This document shows, one piece after another, positions 30,001 to 43,400 of a stretch of 64,000 nucleotides of DNA; position 1 is the stretch's first letter, and every line of letters begins with the position of its first letter. The notes beneath the pieces were generated by a model that saw nothing but the letters and a program-made list of their open reading frames with translations, was not told the DNA's origin and made no database searches. A program made the translations under genes and the position numbers. The stretch comes from the human T2T-CHM13v2.0 reference genome, Homo sapiens. The stretch is from assembly GCF_009914755.1 (NCBI RefSeq), contig NC_060933.1; one strand, written 5' to 3'.

Positions 30001-33000
30001 GAATGGAATGGAATGGTACGGAATAGAATGGAATGGAACGAATTGTAATGGAATGGAATTGAATGGAATGGAATGGAATGGAATGGAATCAACGCGAGTG
30101 CAGGGGAATGTAATGGAACGGAATGCAATGGAATGGAATCATCCGGAATGGAATGGAATGGAATGGAATGGAATGGAATGGAATGGAATGGAATCAACCC
30201 GAGTGCAATGGAATGGAGTGGAATGGAATGGAATGGAATGGAACAACCCGAATGGAATGGAATGTAATGGAGAGTAAGGGAGTTGAATAGAATCAATCCG
30301 AATGTAATGGAATGGAATGCAACGGAATGGAATGGAATGGAATGGAATGGAATGCAATGGAATTGAATCAACCCGAGTACAATGGAATGGATTGGAATGG
30401 AATGGAATGGAATGGAATGGAATGGAATGGAATGATACGGAATAGAATGGAATGGAACGAAATGGAATGGAATGGAATGGAATGGAATGGAATGGAATCG
30501 TTCTGAGTGGAATAGGAGGGAATGTATTCGAGTGGAATGGAAAGGAATGGAAAAAACCTGAGTGGAATGGAAGGGAATGGAATGGAATGGAAACTAATAG
30601 AATGGAATCAACCCGAGAGGAATGGAATGGAAAGGACTGGAATGGAATGGAATGGAATGGAATCAACTCGATTGTAATGGAATGGAATGGAATGGAATGG
30701 AATGGAATGGAATGGAATTAACCCGAATACAATGCAATGGAATGGATTGGAACGGAATGGAGTGGAATCGAATGGAATCAACCCGAGTGCAGGGGAATGG
30801 AATGGAATGGAATGCAATGGAATGGAATCATCCGGAATGGAATGGAATGGAATGGAATGCAAAGCAATGGAATCAACTCGATTGCAATGGAATGGAATGG
30901 AATGGAAAGGAATACATTGGAATCAACCCGAGTGGAATGGAATGGAAAGGAATGGAATGGAGTGGAATGGAATGGAATGGAATGGAATCAACTCGATTGG
31001 AATGGAATGGAATGGAATGGAATGGAATGGAATTAATCCGAATAGAATGGAATGGAATGGAATGGAATGGAAGGGAACGGAATGGAATGGAATGGAATGG
31101 AATGGAATGGAAGGGAAACAACCCGACTGCAGGGGAATGGAATGGAATGGAATGCAATGGAATGGAATGCAATGGAATTGAATCAACCCGAGTACAATGG
31201 AATGGAATGGAATGGAATGGAATGGAATGGAATGGAATCGAATGGAATGATACGGAATAGAATGGAATGGAACGAAATGGAATGGAATGGAATGGAATGG
31301 AATGGAATCGTTCTGAGTGGAATAGGAGGGAATGTATTCGAGTGGAATGGAAAGGAATGGTATCAACCAGAGTGGAATGGAAGGGAATGGAATGGAATGG
31401 AAACTAATAGAATGGAATCAACCCGAGTGGAATGGAATGGAAAGGACTGCAATGGAATGGAATGGAATGGAATCAACTCGATTGTAATGGAATGGAATGG
31501 AATGGAATGGAATGGAATTAACCCGAATACAATGGAATGGAATGGAATGGAATGCAATGGAATGGAATGGAATGGAAAGGAATAAATTGGAATCAACCCC
31601 AGTGGAATGGAATGGAAAGGACTGGAATGGAGTGGAATGGAATGGAATGGAATGGAATGGAATCAACTCGATTGGAATGGAATGGAATGGAACGGAGTGG
31701 AATGGAATGGAATCAACCAGAGTGCAATGGAATGGAGTGGAATGGAATGGAATGGAATGGAACAACCCGAATGGAATGGAATGTAATGGAGAGTAAGGGA
31801 GTTGAATAGAATCAATCCGAATGTAATGGAATGGAATGGAACGGAATGGAATTGAATGGAATGGAATGGAATGCAATGGAATGGAATCAACCCGAGTGCA
31901 ATGGAATGGAGAGGAATGGAATGGAATGCAACGGAACGGAATGGAATGGAATGGAATGGAATGGAACGGAACGGAACGGAACGGAATGGATGGAATGGAA
32001 TGGAATGGAATGGAATGGAATCAACGCGAGTGCAGGGGAATGGAATGGAATGGAATGCAATGGAATGGAATCTTCCGGAATGGAATGGAATGGAATGGAA
32101 TGGAATGGAATGAAATGCAATGGATTCAACTCGATTGCAATGGAATGGAATAGAATGGAATGGAATGGAATGGAATGGAATGGAATTAACCCGCATAGAA
32201 TGGAATGGAATGGAATGGAATGGAATGGAATTAATTCGAATAGAATGGAATGGAATGGAATGGAACGGAATGGAACGGAAAGGAATGGTACGGAATAGAA
32301 TGGAATGGAACGAATTGTAATGGAATGGAATTGAATGGAATGGAATGGAATGGAATGGAATCAACGCGAGTGCAGGGGAATGTAATGGAACGGAATGCAA
32401 TGGAATGGAATCATCCGGAAAGGAATGGAATGGAATGGAATGGAATGGAATGGAATCAACCCGAGTGCAATGGAATGGAGTGGAATGGAATGGAATGGAA
32501 TGGAACAACCCGAAAGGAATGGAATGTAATGGAGAGTAAGGGAGTTGAATAAAATCAATCCGAATGTAATGGAATGGAATGCAACGGAATGGAAAGGAAT
32601 GGAATGGAATGGAATGCAATGGAATGGAATCAACCCGAGTACAATGGAATGGAATGGAATGGAATGGAATGGAATGGAATGGAATGGAATGGAATGATAC
32701 GGAATAGAATGGAATGGAACGAAATGGAATGGAATGGAATGGAATGGAATGGAATGGAATGGAATCGTTCTGAGTGGAATAGGAGGGAATGTATTCGAGT
32801 GGAATGTAAAGGAATGGAAAAAACCTGAGTGGAATGGAAGGGAATGGAATGGAATGGAAACTAATAGAATGGAATCAACCCGAGAGGAATGGAATGGAAA
32901 GGACTGGAATGGAATGGAATGGAATGGAATCAACTCGATTGTAATGGAATGGAATGGAATGGAATGGAATGGAATGGAATTAACCCGAATACAATGCAAT

Positions 33001-36000
33001 GGAATGGAATGGAACGGAATGGAGTGGAATCGAATGGAATCAACCCGAGTGCAGGGGAATGGAATGGAATGGAATGCAATGGAATGGAATCATCCGGAAT
33101 GGAATGGAATGGAATGGAATGCAAAGCAATGGAATCAACTCGATTGCAATGGAATGGAATGGAATGGAATTAATCCGAATAGAATGGAATGGAATGGAAT
33201 GGAACGGAACGGAATGGAATGGAATGGAATGGAATGGAATGGAATGGAATTGAATGGAATGGAATGGAATGGAATCAACCCGACTGCAGGGGAATGGAAT
33301 GGAATGGAATGCAATGGAATGGATTCAACTTGAATGGAATGGAAAGAATGGAATCAACACGATTGGAATGGCATGGATTGGAATGGAATGGAATGGAATC
33401 AACCCGAGTACAGGGGAATGGAATGGAATGGAATGCAATGGAATGGAATCATCCGTAATGGAATGGAAAGGAATGGAATGGAATGGAATGGAATGGAATG
33501 GAATGGAATCAACTCGATTGCAATCGAATGGAATGGAATGAAATTAACCTGAATAGAATGGAATGGAATGGAATGGAACGGAACAGAACGGAATGGAATG
33601 GATTGGAATGGAATGGAATGGAATGGAATGGAATGGAACGGAAAGGAATGGAATGGAATGGAATGGAATGGAATGGAATGGAATGGAATGGAATGGAATC
33701 AACGCGAGTGCAGGGGAATGGAATGGAATGGAATGCAATGGAATGGAATCTTCCGGAATGGAATGGAATGGAATGGAATGGAATGGAATGGAATGGAATC
33801 AACCCGAGTGCAATGGAATGGAGTGGAATGGAATGGAATGGAATGGAACAACCCGAATGGAATGGAATGTAATGGAGAGTAAGGGAGTTGAATAGAATCA
33901 ATCCGAATGTAATGGAATGGAATGCAACGGAATGGAATGGAATGGAATGGAATGGAATGCAATGGAATTGAATCAACCCGAGTACAATGGAATGGATTGG
34001 AATGGAATGGAATGAAATGGAATGGAATGGAATGGAACGATACGGAAAAGCATGGAATAGAACGAAATGGAATGGAATGGAATGGAATGGAATGGAATGG
34101 AATGGAATCGTTCTGAGTGGAATAGGAGGGAATGTATTCGAGTGGAATGGAAAGGAATGGAAAAAACCTGAGTGGAATGGAAGGGAATGGAATGGAATGG
34201 AAACTAATAGAATGGAATCAACCTGAGAGGAATGGAATGGAAAGGACTGGAATGGAATGGAATGGAATGGAATGGAATCAACTCGATTGTAATGGAATGG
34301 AATGGAATGGAATGGAATGGAATGGAATGGAATTAACCCGAATACAATGCAATGGAATGGAATGGAACGGAATGGAGTGGAATCGAATGGAATCAACCCG
34401 AGTGCAGGGGAATGGAATGGAATGGAATGCAATGGAATGGAATCATCCGGAATGGAATGGAATGGAATGGAATGCAAAGCAATGGAATCAACTCGATTGC
34501 AATGGAATGGAATGGAATGGAAAGGAATACATTGGAATCAACCCGAGTGGAATGGAATGGAAAGGAATGGAATGGAGTGGAATGGAATGGAATGGAATGG
34601 AATGGAATCAACTCGATTGGAATGGAATGGAATGGAATGGAATGGAATGGAATGGAATGGAATTAATCCGAATAGAATGGAATGGAATGGAATGGAACGG
34701 AACGGAATGGAATGGAATGGAATGGAATGGAATGGAATGGAATGGAAACAACCCGACTGCAGGGGAATGGAATGGAATGAAATGCAATGGAATGGATTCA
34801 ACTTGAATGGAATGGAAAGAATGGAATCAACATGAGTGGAATGCCATGGATTGGAATGGAATGGAATGGAATCAACACGAGTACAGGGGAATGGAATGGA
34901 AAGGAATGCAATGGAATGGAATCATCCGGAATGGAATGGAATGGAATGGAATGGAATGGAATGGAATGGAATCAACTCGATTGCAATCGAATGGAATGGA
35001 ATGGAATTAACCAAAATAAAATCGAATGGAATGGAATGGAACGGAACGGAACGGAATGGAATGGATTGGAATGGAATGGAATGGAATGGAATGGAACGGA
35101 AAGGAATGGAATGGAATGGAATGGAATGGAATGGAATGGAATGGAATGGAATCAACGCAAGTGCAGTGGAATGGAATGGAATGGAATGCAATGGAATGGA
35201 ATCTTCTGGAATGGAATGGAATGGAATGGAATGGAATGGAATAAACCCGAGTGCAATGGAATGGAGTGGAATGGAATGGAATGGAATGGAACAACCCGAA
35301 TGGAATGGAATGTAATGGAGAGTAAGGGAGTTGAATAGAATCAATCCGAATGTAATGGAATGGAATGGAACGGAATGGAATTGAATGGAATGGAATGGAA
35401 TGCAATGGAATGGAATCAACCCGAGTGCAATGGAATGGAGAGGAATGGAATGGAATGGAATGGAAACTACCCGAATGGAATGGAATGTAATGGAGTGTAA
35501 GGGAATTGAATAGAATCAAACCGAATGTAAAGGAATGGAATGGAACGGAATGGAATGGAATGGAATGGAATGGAATGGAATGGAATGGAATGGAATGCAA
35601 TGGATTCAACTCGATTGCAATGGAATGGAATAGAATGGAATGGAATGGAATTGAATGGAATGGAATTAAACCGAATAGAATGGAATGGAATGGAATGGAA
35701 CGGAACAGAACGGAACGGAACGGAACGGAGTGGAATGGAATGGAATGGAATTGTATGGAATGGAATGGAATGGTACGGAATAGAATGGAATGGAAAGAAA
35801 TGGAATGGAATGGAATGGAATGGAATGGAATGGAATCAACCCGAGTGCAGGGGAATGTAAAGGAACGGAATGCAATGGAATGAAATCATCCGGAATGGAA
35901 TGGAATGGAATGGAATGGAATGCAATGGAATGGAATGGAATGGAATGGAATCAACGCGAGCGCAATGGAATGCAGTGGAATGGAATGGAATGGAATGGAA

Positions 36001-39000
36001 CAACCCGAATGGAATGGAATGTAATGGAGAGTAAGGTAGTTGAATAGAATCAATCCGAATGTAATGGAATGGAACGGAATGGAATGGAATGGAATGGAAT
36101 GGAATGGAATCAACCCGAGTGCAATGGAATGCAGAGGAATGGAATGGAATGGAATGGAAACTACCCGAATGGAATGGAATGTAATGGAGAGTAAGGTAGT
36201 TGAAAAGAATCAATCCGAATGTAATGGAATGGAATGGAACGGAATGGAATGGAATGGAATGGAATGGAATGGAATGGAATGGAATCAACGCGAGTGCAGG
36301 GGAATGGAATGGAATGGAATGCAATGAAATGGAATCTTCCGGAATGGAATGGAACGCAATGGAATGGAATAAACCCGAGTGCAATGGAATGGAGAGGAAT
36401 GGAATGGAATGGAATGGAAACTACCCGAATGGAATGGAATGGAATGGAATCAACCAGAGTGCAGGGGAATGTAATGGAACGGAATGCAATGGAATGAAAT
36501 CATCCGGAATGGAATGGAATGGAATGGAATGGAATGGAATGGAATGGAACAACCCGAATGGAATGGAATGTAATGGAGAGTAAGGTAGTTGAATAGAATC
36601 AATCCGAATGTAATGGAATGGGACGGAATGGAATGGAATGGAATGGAATGGAATGGAATGGAATGGAATGGAATCAACCCGAGTGCAATGGAATGGAGAG
36701 GAATGGAATGGAATGGAATGGAAACTACCCGAATGGAATGGAATGGAATGGAGTGTAAGGGAATTGAATAGAATCAATCCGAATGGAATGGAATGGAATG
36801 GAACGGAATGTAATGGAATGGAATGGAATGGAATGGAATCAACCCGAGTGAAGGGGAATGGAATGGAATGGAATGCAATGGAATGGAATCATCCGGAATG
36901 GAATGGAATAGAATGCAATGGAATGGAATGGAATGGAATCAACCCGAGTGCAATGGAATGGAGTGAAATGGAATGGAATGGAATGGAGACAACCAGAATG
37001 GATTGGAATATAATGGACTGTAAGGGAATTGAATAGAATCAATCTGAATGTAATGAAATGGAATGGAACGGAATGGAATGGAATGGAATGGAATGGAATG
37101 AAATGGAATGGAATGCAATGGAATGGAATTAAATGGAATGGAATGCAATGGAATGGAATCAACCCGAGTGCAATCGAATGGAATCGAATGGAATGGAATG
37201 CAATGGAATGGATTCAACTTGAATGGAATGGAAAGAATGGAATCAACACGAGTGGAATGGCATGGATTGGAATGGAATGGAATGGAATCAACCCGAGTAC
37301 AGGGGAATGGAATGTAATGGAATGCAATGGAATGGAATCATCCGTAAAGGAATGGAAAGGAATGCAATGGAATGGAATGGAATGGAATGGAATGGAATGG
37401 TATCAACTCGATTGCAATCGAATGGAATGGAATGGAATTAACCCGAATAGAATGGAATGGAATGGAATGGAACGGAACGGAATGGAATGGAATGGAATGG
37501 AATGGAATGGAATGGAATGGAAAGGAAAGGAAAGGAATGGAATGGAATAGAATGGAATGGAATGGAATCAACCCGAGTGCGGGGAATGGAATGGAATGGA
37601 ATGGAATGGAATGGAATAGAATGGAATCAACCCGAGTGCAATGGAATGGAGTGGAATGGAATGGAATGGAATGGAACAACCCGAATGGAATGGAATGTAA
37701 TGGAGAGTAAGAGAGTTGAAAAGAATCAATCCGAATGTAATGGAATGGAATGGAACGGAATGGAATGGAATGGAATGGAATGGAATGGAATGGAATGCAA
37801 TGGAATGGAATCAACCCAAGTACAATGGAATGGAATGGAATGGAATGGAATGGAATGGAATGGAATGGAATGCAATGGAATGCAATGGAATGGAATCTTC
37901 CGGAATGGAATGAAATGGAATGGAATGGAATGGAATGCAATGGGTTCAACTCGATTGCAATGGAATGGAATAGAATGGAATGGAATGGAATGGAATGGAA
38001 TGGAATTAAACCGAATAGAATGGAATGGAATGGAATGGAACGGAACAGAACGGAACGGAACGGAACGGAGTGGAATGGAATGGAATGGAATTGTATGGAA
38101 TGGAATGGAATGGTACGGAATAGAATGGAATGGAAAGAATTGGAATGGAATGGAATCGTATGGAATGGAATGGAATGGAATGGAATCAACCCGAGTGCAG
38201 GGGAATGTAATGGAACGGAATGCAATGGAATGGAATCATCTGGAATGGAATGGAATGGAATGGAATGGAATGGAATGGAATGGAATCAACCCGAGCTCAA
38301 TGGAATGGAGTGGAATGGAATGGAATGGAATGGAACAACCCGAATGGAATGGAATGTAATGGAGAGTAAGGGAGTTGAATAGAAACAATCCGAATGTAAT
38401 GGAATGGAACGGAATGGAATGGAATGGATTGGAATGGAATGGAATGGAATGGAAGGGAATGCAATGGAATGGAATCAACCCGAGTACAATGGAACGGAAT
38501 GGAATGGAATGGAATGGAATGGAATGGAATGGAACGGAATGGAATGGAATCAACCCGAGTGCAATGGAATGGAGAGGAATGGAATGGAATGGAATGGAAA
38601 CTACCCGAATGGAATGGAATGGAATGGAATGTAAGGGAATTGAATAGAATCAATCCGAATGGAATGGAATGGAATGGAACGGAATGTAATGGAATGGAAT
38701 GGAATGGAATCAACCCGAGTGCAGGGGAATGGAATGGAATGGAATGCAATGGAATGGAATCATCCGGAATGGAATGGAATGGAATGCAATGGAATGGAAT
38801 GGAATGGAATCAACCCGAGTGCAATGGAATGGAGTGAAATGGAATGGATTGGAATGGAGACAACCAGAATGGATTGGAATATAATGGAGTGTAAGGGAAT
38901 TGAATAGAATCAATCTGAAAGTAATGAAATGGAATGGAACGGAATGGAATGGAATGTAATGGAATGGAATGGAATGCAATGGAATGGAATCAACCCGAGT

Positions 39001-39280
39001 GCAATCGAATGGAATCGAATGGAATGGAATGCAATGGAATGGATTCAACTTGAATGGAATGGAAAGAATGGAATCAACACGAGTGGAATGGCATGGATTG
39101 GAATGAAATGGAATGGAATCAACCCGAGTATAGGGGAATGGAATGTTATGGAATGCAATGGAATGGAATCATCCGTAATGGAATGGAAAGGAATGGAATG
39201 GAATGGAATGGAATGGAATCAACTCGATTGCAATCGAATGGAATGGAATGGAATTAACCCGAATAGAATGGAATGGAATG
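27050..39280 (+). repeat. Dispersed duplication of ~2.6 kb at ~9.63-kb offset (~27050-29650 vs ~36670-39280), each copy with an internal ~1.85-kb periodicity
   Basis: Offsets 27403/37029, 28086/37716, 28735/38375 and 29014/38659 = 9,626-9,645. Shared private variants GGAATCGTATGG (~28511/~38156), AATAGAAACAATCC (~28741/~38381) and GAGTATAGGGG (~29481/~39127). Internal offset 27162/29014 = 1,852. Confidence 0.75.
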
Positions 39281-40499
39281 GAATGGAATGGAAAGGAACG
39301 GAACGGAACGGAACGGAATGGAATGGAATGGAATGGAATGGAATGGAATGGAATGGAATCAACCCGACTGCAGGGGAATGGAATGGAATGGAATGCAATG
39401 GAATGGATTCAACTTGAATGGAATGGAAAGAGTGGAATCAACACGAGTGGAATGGCATGGATTGGAATGGAATGGAATGGAATCAACCCGAGTACAGGGG
39501 AATGGAATGGAATGGAATGCAATGGAATGGAATCATCCGTACTGGAATGGAAAGCAATGGAATGGAATGGAATGGAATGGAATGGAATGGAATGGAATCA
39601 ACTCGATTGCAGTCGAATGGAATGGAATGGAATTAACCTGTATAGAATTGAATGGAATGGAATGGAACGGAACGGAACGGAACGGAATGGAATGGAATGG
39701 AATGGAATGGAATGGAACGGAACGGAATGGAATGGAATGGAATGGAATGGAATGGAATCAACGCGAGTGCAGGGGAATGGAATGGAATGGAATGCAATGG
39801 AATGGAATCTTCCGGAATGGAATGGAATGGAATGGAAAGGAATGGAATGAAATGCAATGGATTCAACTCGATTGCAATGGAATGGAATAGAACGGAATGG
39901 AATGGAATGGAACAGAATGAACCCGAATAGAATGGAATGGAATGCAATGGAACGGAATGGAACGGAATGGAATGGAATGGAATGGAATGGAATGGTATGG
40001 AATGGAATGGAATGGTACGGAATATAATCGAATGTAACTAATTGTAATTTAATGGAATTGAATGGAATGGAATGGAATCAACGCGAGTGCAGGGGAATGT
40101 AATGGAACGGAATGCAATGGAATGGAATCATCCGGAATGGAATGGAATGGAATGGAATGGAAGGGAATGGAATCAACCCGAGTGCAATGGAATGGAGTGG
40201 AATGTTATGGAATGGAATGGAACAACCCGAATGGAATGGAATGTAATGGAATGTAATTGAGTTGAATAGAATCAATCCGAATGTAATGGAATGGAATGCA
40301 ACGGAATGGAATGGAATGGAATGCAATGGAATGCAATCAACCAGAGTACAATGGAATGGAATGGAATGGAATGGAATGGAATGGAATGGAATGCCTTCAA
40401 ACCGAATGGAATGGAAAGGAATGGAATCAACACGAGTGGAATGGAATGGAATGGAATTGAATGGAAGGGAATGATACGGAATAGAATGGAATGGAACGA

Positions 40500-43400
40500 A
40501 ATGGAATGGAATGGAATGGAATGGAATGGAATGGAATGGAATCGTTCCGAGTGGAATAGGAGGGAATGTATTCGAGTGGAATGGAAAGGAATGGAATCAA
40601 CCAGAGTGGAATGGAAGGGAATGGAATGGAATGGAAACTAATAGAATGGAATCAACCCGAGTGGAATGGAATGGAAAGGACTGGAATGGAATGGAACCGA
40701 GTGGAATCAACTCGATTGTAATGGAATGGAATGGAATGGAATGGAATTAACCCGAATACAATGGAATGGAATGGAATGGAACGGAAAGGAGTGGAATGGA
40801 ATGGAATCAACCCGAGTGCAGGGGAATGGAATGGAATGGAATGCAATGGAATGGAATCATCCGGAATGGAATGGAATGGAATGGAATGCAAAGCAATGGA
40901 ATCAACTTGATTGCAATGGAATGGAATGGAATGCAAAGGAATACATTGGAATCAACCCGAGTGGAATGGAATGGAAAAGACTGGAATGGAGTGGAATGGA
41001 ATGGAATGGAATGGAATGGAATCAACTCGATTGGAATGGAATGGAATGGAATGGAATGGAATGGAATTAACCCGAATAGAATGGAATGGAATGGAATGGA
41101 ACGGAACGGAACGGAATGGAATGGAATGGAATGGAATGGAATGGAATGGAATGGAATGGAATCAACCCGACTGCAGGGGAATGGAATGGAATGGAATGCA
41201 ATGGAATGGATTCAACTTGAATGGAATGGAAAGAATGGAATCAACACGAGTGGAATGGCATGGATTGTAATGGAATGGAATGGAATGAACCCGAGTACAG
41301 GGGAATGGAATGGAATGGAATGCAATGGAATGGAATCATCCGGAATGGAATGGAATGGAATGGAATGGAATGGAATGGAATGGAATGGAATGGAATGGAA
41401 TCAACTCGATTGCAATCGAATGGAATGGAATGGAATTAACCCGAATAGAATGGAATGGAATGGAATGGAACGGAACGGAACAGAATGGAATGGAATGGAA
41501 TGGAATGGAATGGAATGGAATGGAACGGAAAGGAATGGAATGGAATGGAATGGAATGTAATGGAATGGAATGGAATCAACGCGAGTGCAGGGGAATGGAA
41601 TGGAATGGAATGCAATGGAATGGAATCTTCCGGAATGGAATGGAATGGAATGGAATGGAATAAACCCGAGTGCAATGGAATGGAGTGGAATGGAATGGAA
41701 TGGAATGGAACAGCCCGAATGGAATGGAATGTAATGGAGAGTAAGGGAGTTGAATAGAATCAATCCGAATGTAATGGAATGGAATGGAACGGAATGGAAT
41801 TGAATGGAATGGAATGGAATGCAATGGAATGGAATCAACCCGAGTGCAATGGAATGGAGAGGAATGGAATGGAATGGAATGGAAACTACCCGAATGGAAT
41901 GGAATGTAATGGAGTGTAAGGGAATTGAATAGAATCAATCCGAATGTAATGTAATGGAATGGAATGGAATGGAATGCAATGGAATGGAATCAACCCGAGT
42001 GCAATCGAATGGAATCGAATGGAATGGAATGCAATGGAATGGATTCAACTTGAATGGAATGGAAAGAATGGAATCAACACGAGTGGAAGGGCATGGATTA
42101 GAATGCAATGGAATGGAATCAACCCGAGTACAGGGGAATGGAATGGAATGGAATGCAATGGAATGGAATCAACACGATTGCAATCGAATGGAATGGAATG
42201 GAATTAACCCGAATAGAATGGAATGGAATGGAATGGAACGGAACGGAATGGAATGGAATGGAATCAACCCGAGTGCAGGGGAATGGAATGGAATGGAATG
42301 CAATGGAATGGAATCATCCGGAATGGAATGGAATGGAATGCAATGCAAAGCAATGGAATCAACTCGATTGCAATGGAATGGAATGGAATGGAAAGGAATA
42401 CATTGGAATCAACCCGAGTGGAATGGAATGGAAAGGACTGGAACGGAGTGGAATGTAATGGAATGGAATGGAATGGAATCAACTCGATTGGAATGGAATG
42501 GAATGGAATGGAATGGAATGGAATGGAATTAACCCGAATAGAATGGAATGGAATGGAATGGAACGGAACGGAACGGAATGGAATGGAATGGAATGGAATG
42601 GAATGGAATGGAATGGAATGGAATCAACCCGACTGCAGGGGAATGGAATGGAATGGAATGCAATGGAATGGATTCAACTTGAATGGAATGGAAAGAATGG
42701 AATCAACACGAGTGGAATGGCATGGATTGGAATGGAATGGAATGGAATCAACCCGAGTACAGGGGAATGGAATGGAATGGAATGCAATGGAATGGAATCA
42801 TCCGTAATGGAATGGAAAGGAATGGAATGGAATGGAATGGAATGGAATGGAATCAACTCGATTGCAGTCGAATGGAATGGAATGGAATTAACCCGAATAG
42901 AATGGAATGGAATGGAATGGAACGGAACGGAACGGAACGGAACGGAATGGAATGGAATGGAATGGAATGGAACGGAAAGGAATGGAATGGAATGGAATGG
43001 AATGGAATGGAATGGAATGGAATGGAATCAACGCGAGTGCAGGGGAATGGAATGGAATGGAATGCAATGGAATGGAATCTTCCGGAATGGAATGGAATGG
43101 AATGGAATGGAATGGAATGGAATAAACCCGAGTGCAATGGAATGGAGTGGAATGGAATGGAATGGAATGGAACAACCCGAATGGAATGGAATGTAATGGA
43201 GAGTAAGGGAGTTGAATAGAATCAATCCGAATGTAATGGAATGGAATGGAAAGGAATCGAGTTGAATGGAATGGAATGGAAGGCAATGGAATGGAATCAA
43301 CCCGAGTGCAATGGAATGGAGAGGAATGGAATGGAATGGAATGGAAACTACCCGAATGGAATGGAATGTAATGGAGTGTAAGGGAATTGAATAGAATCGA

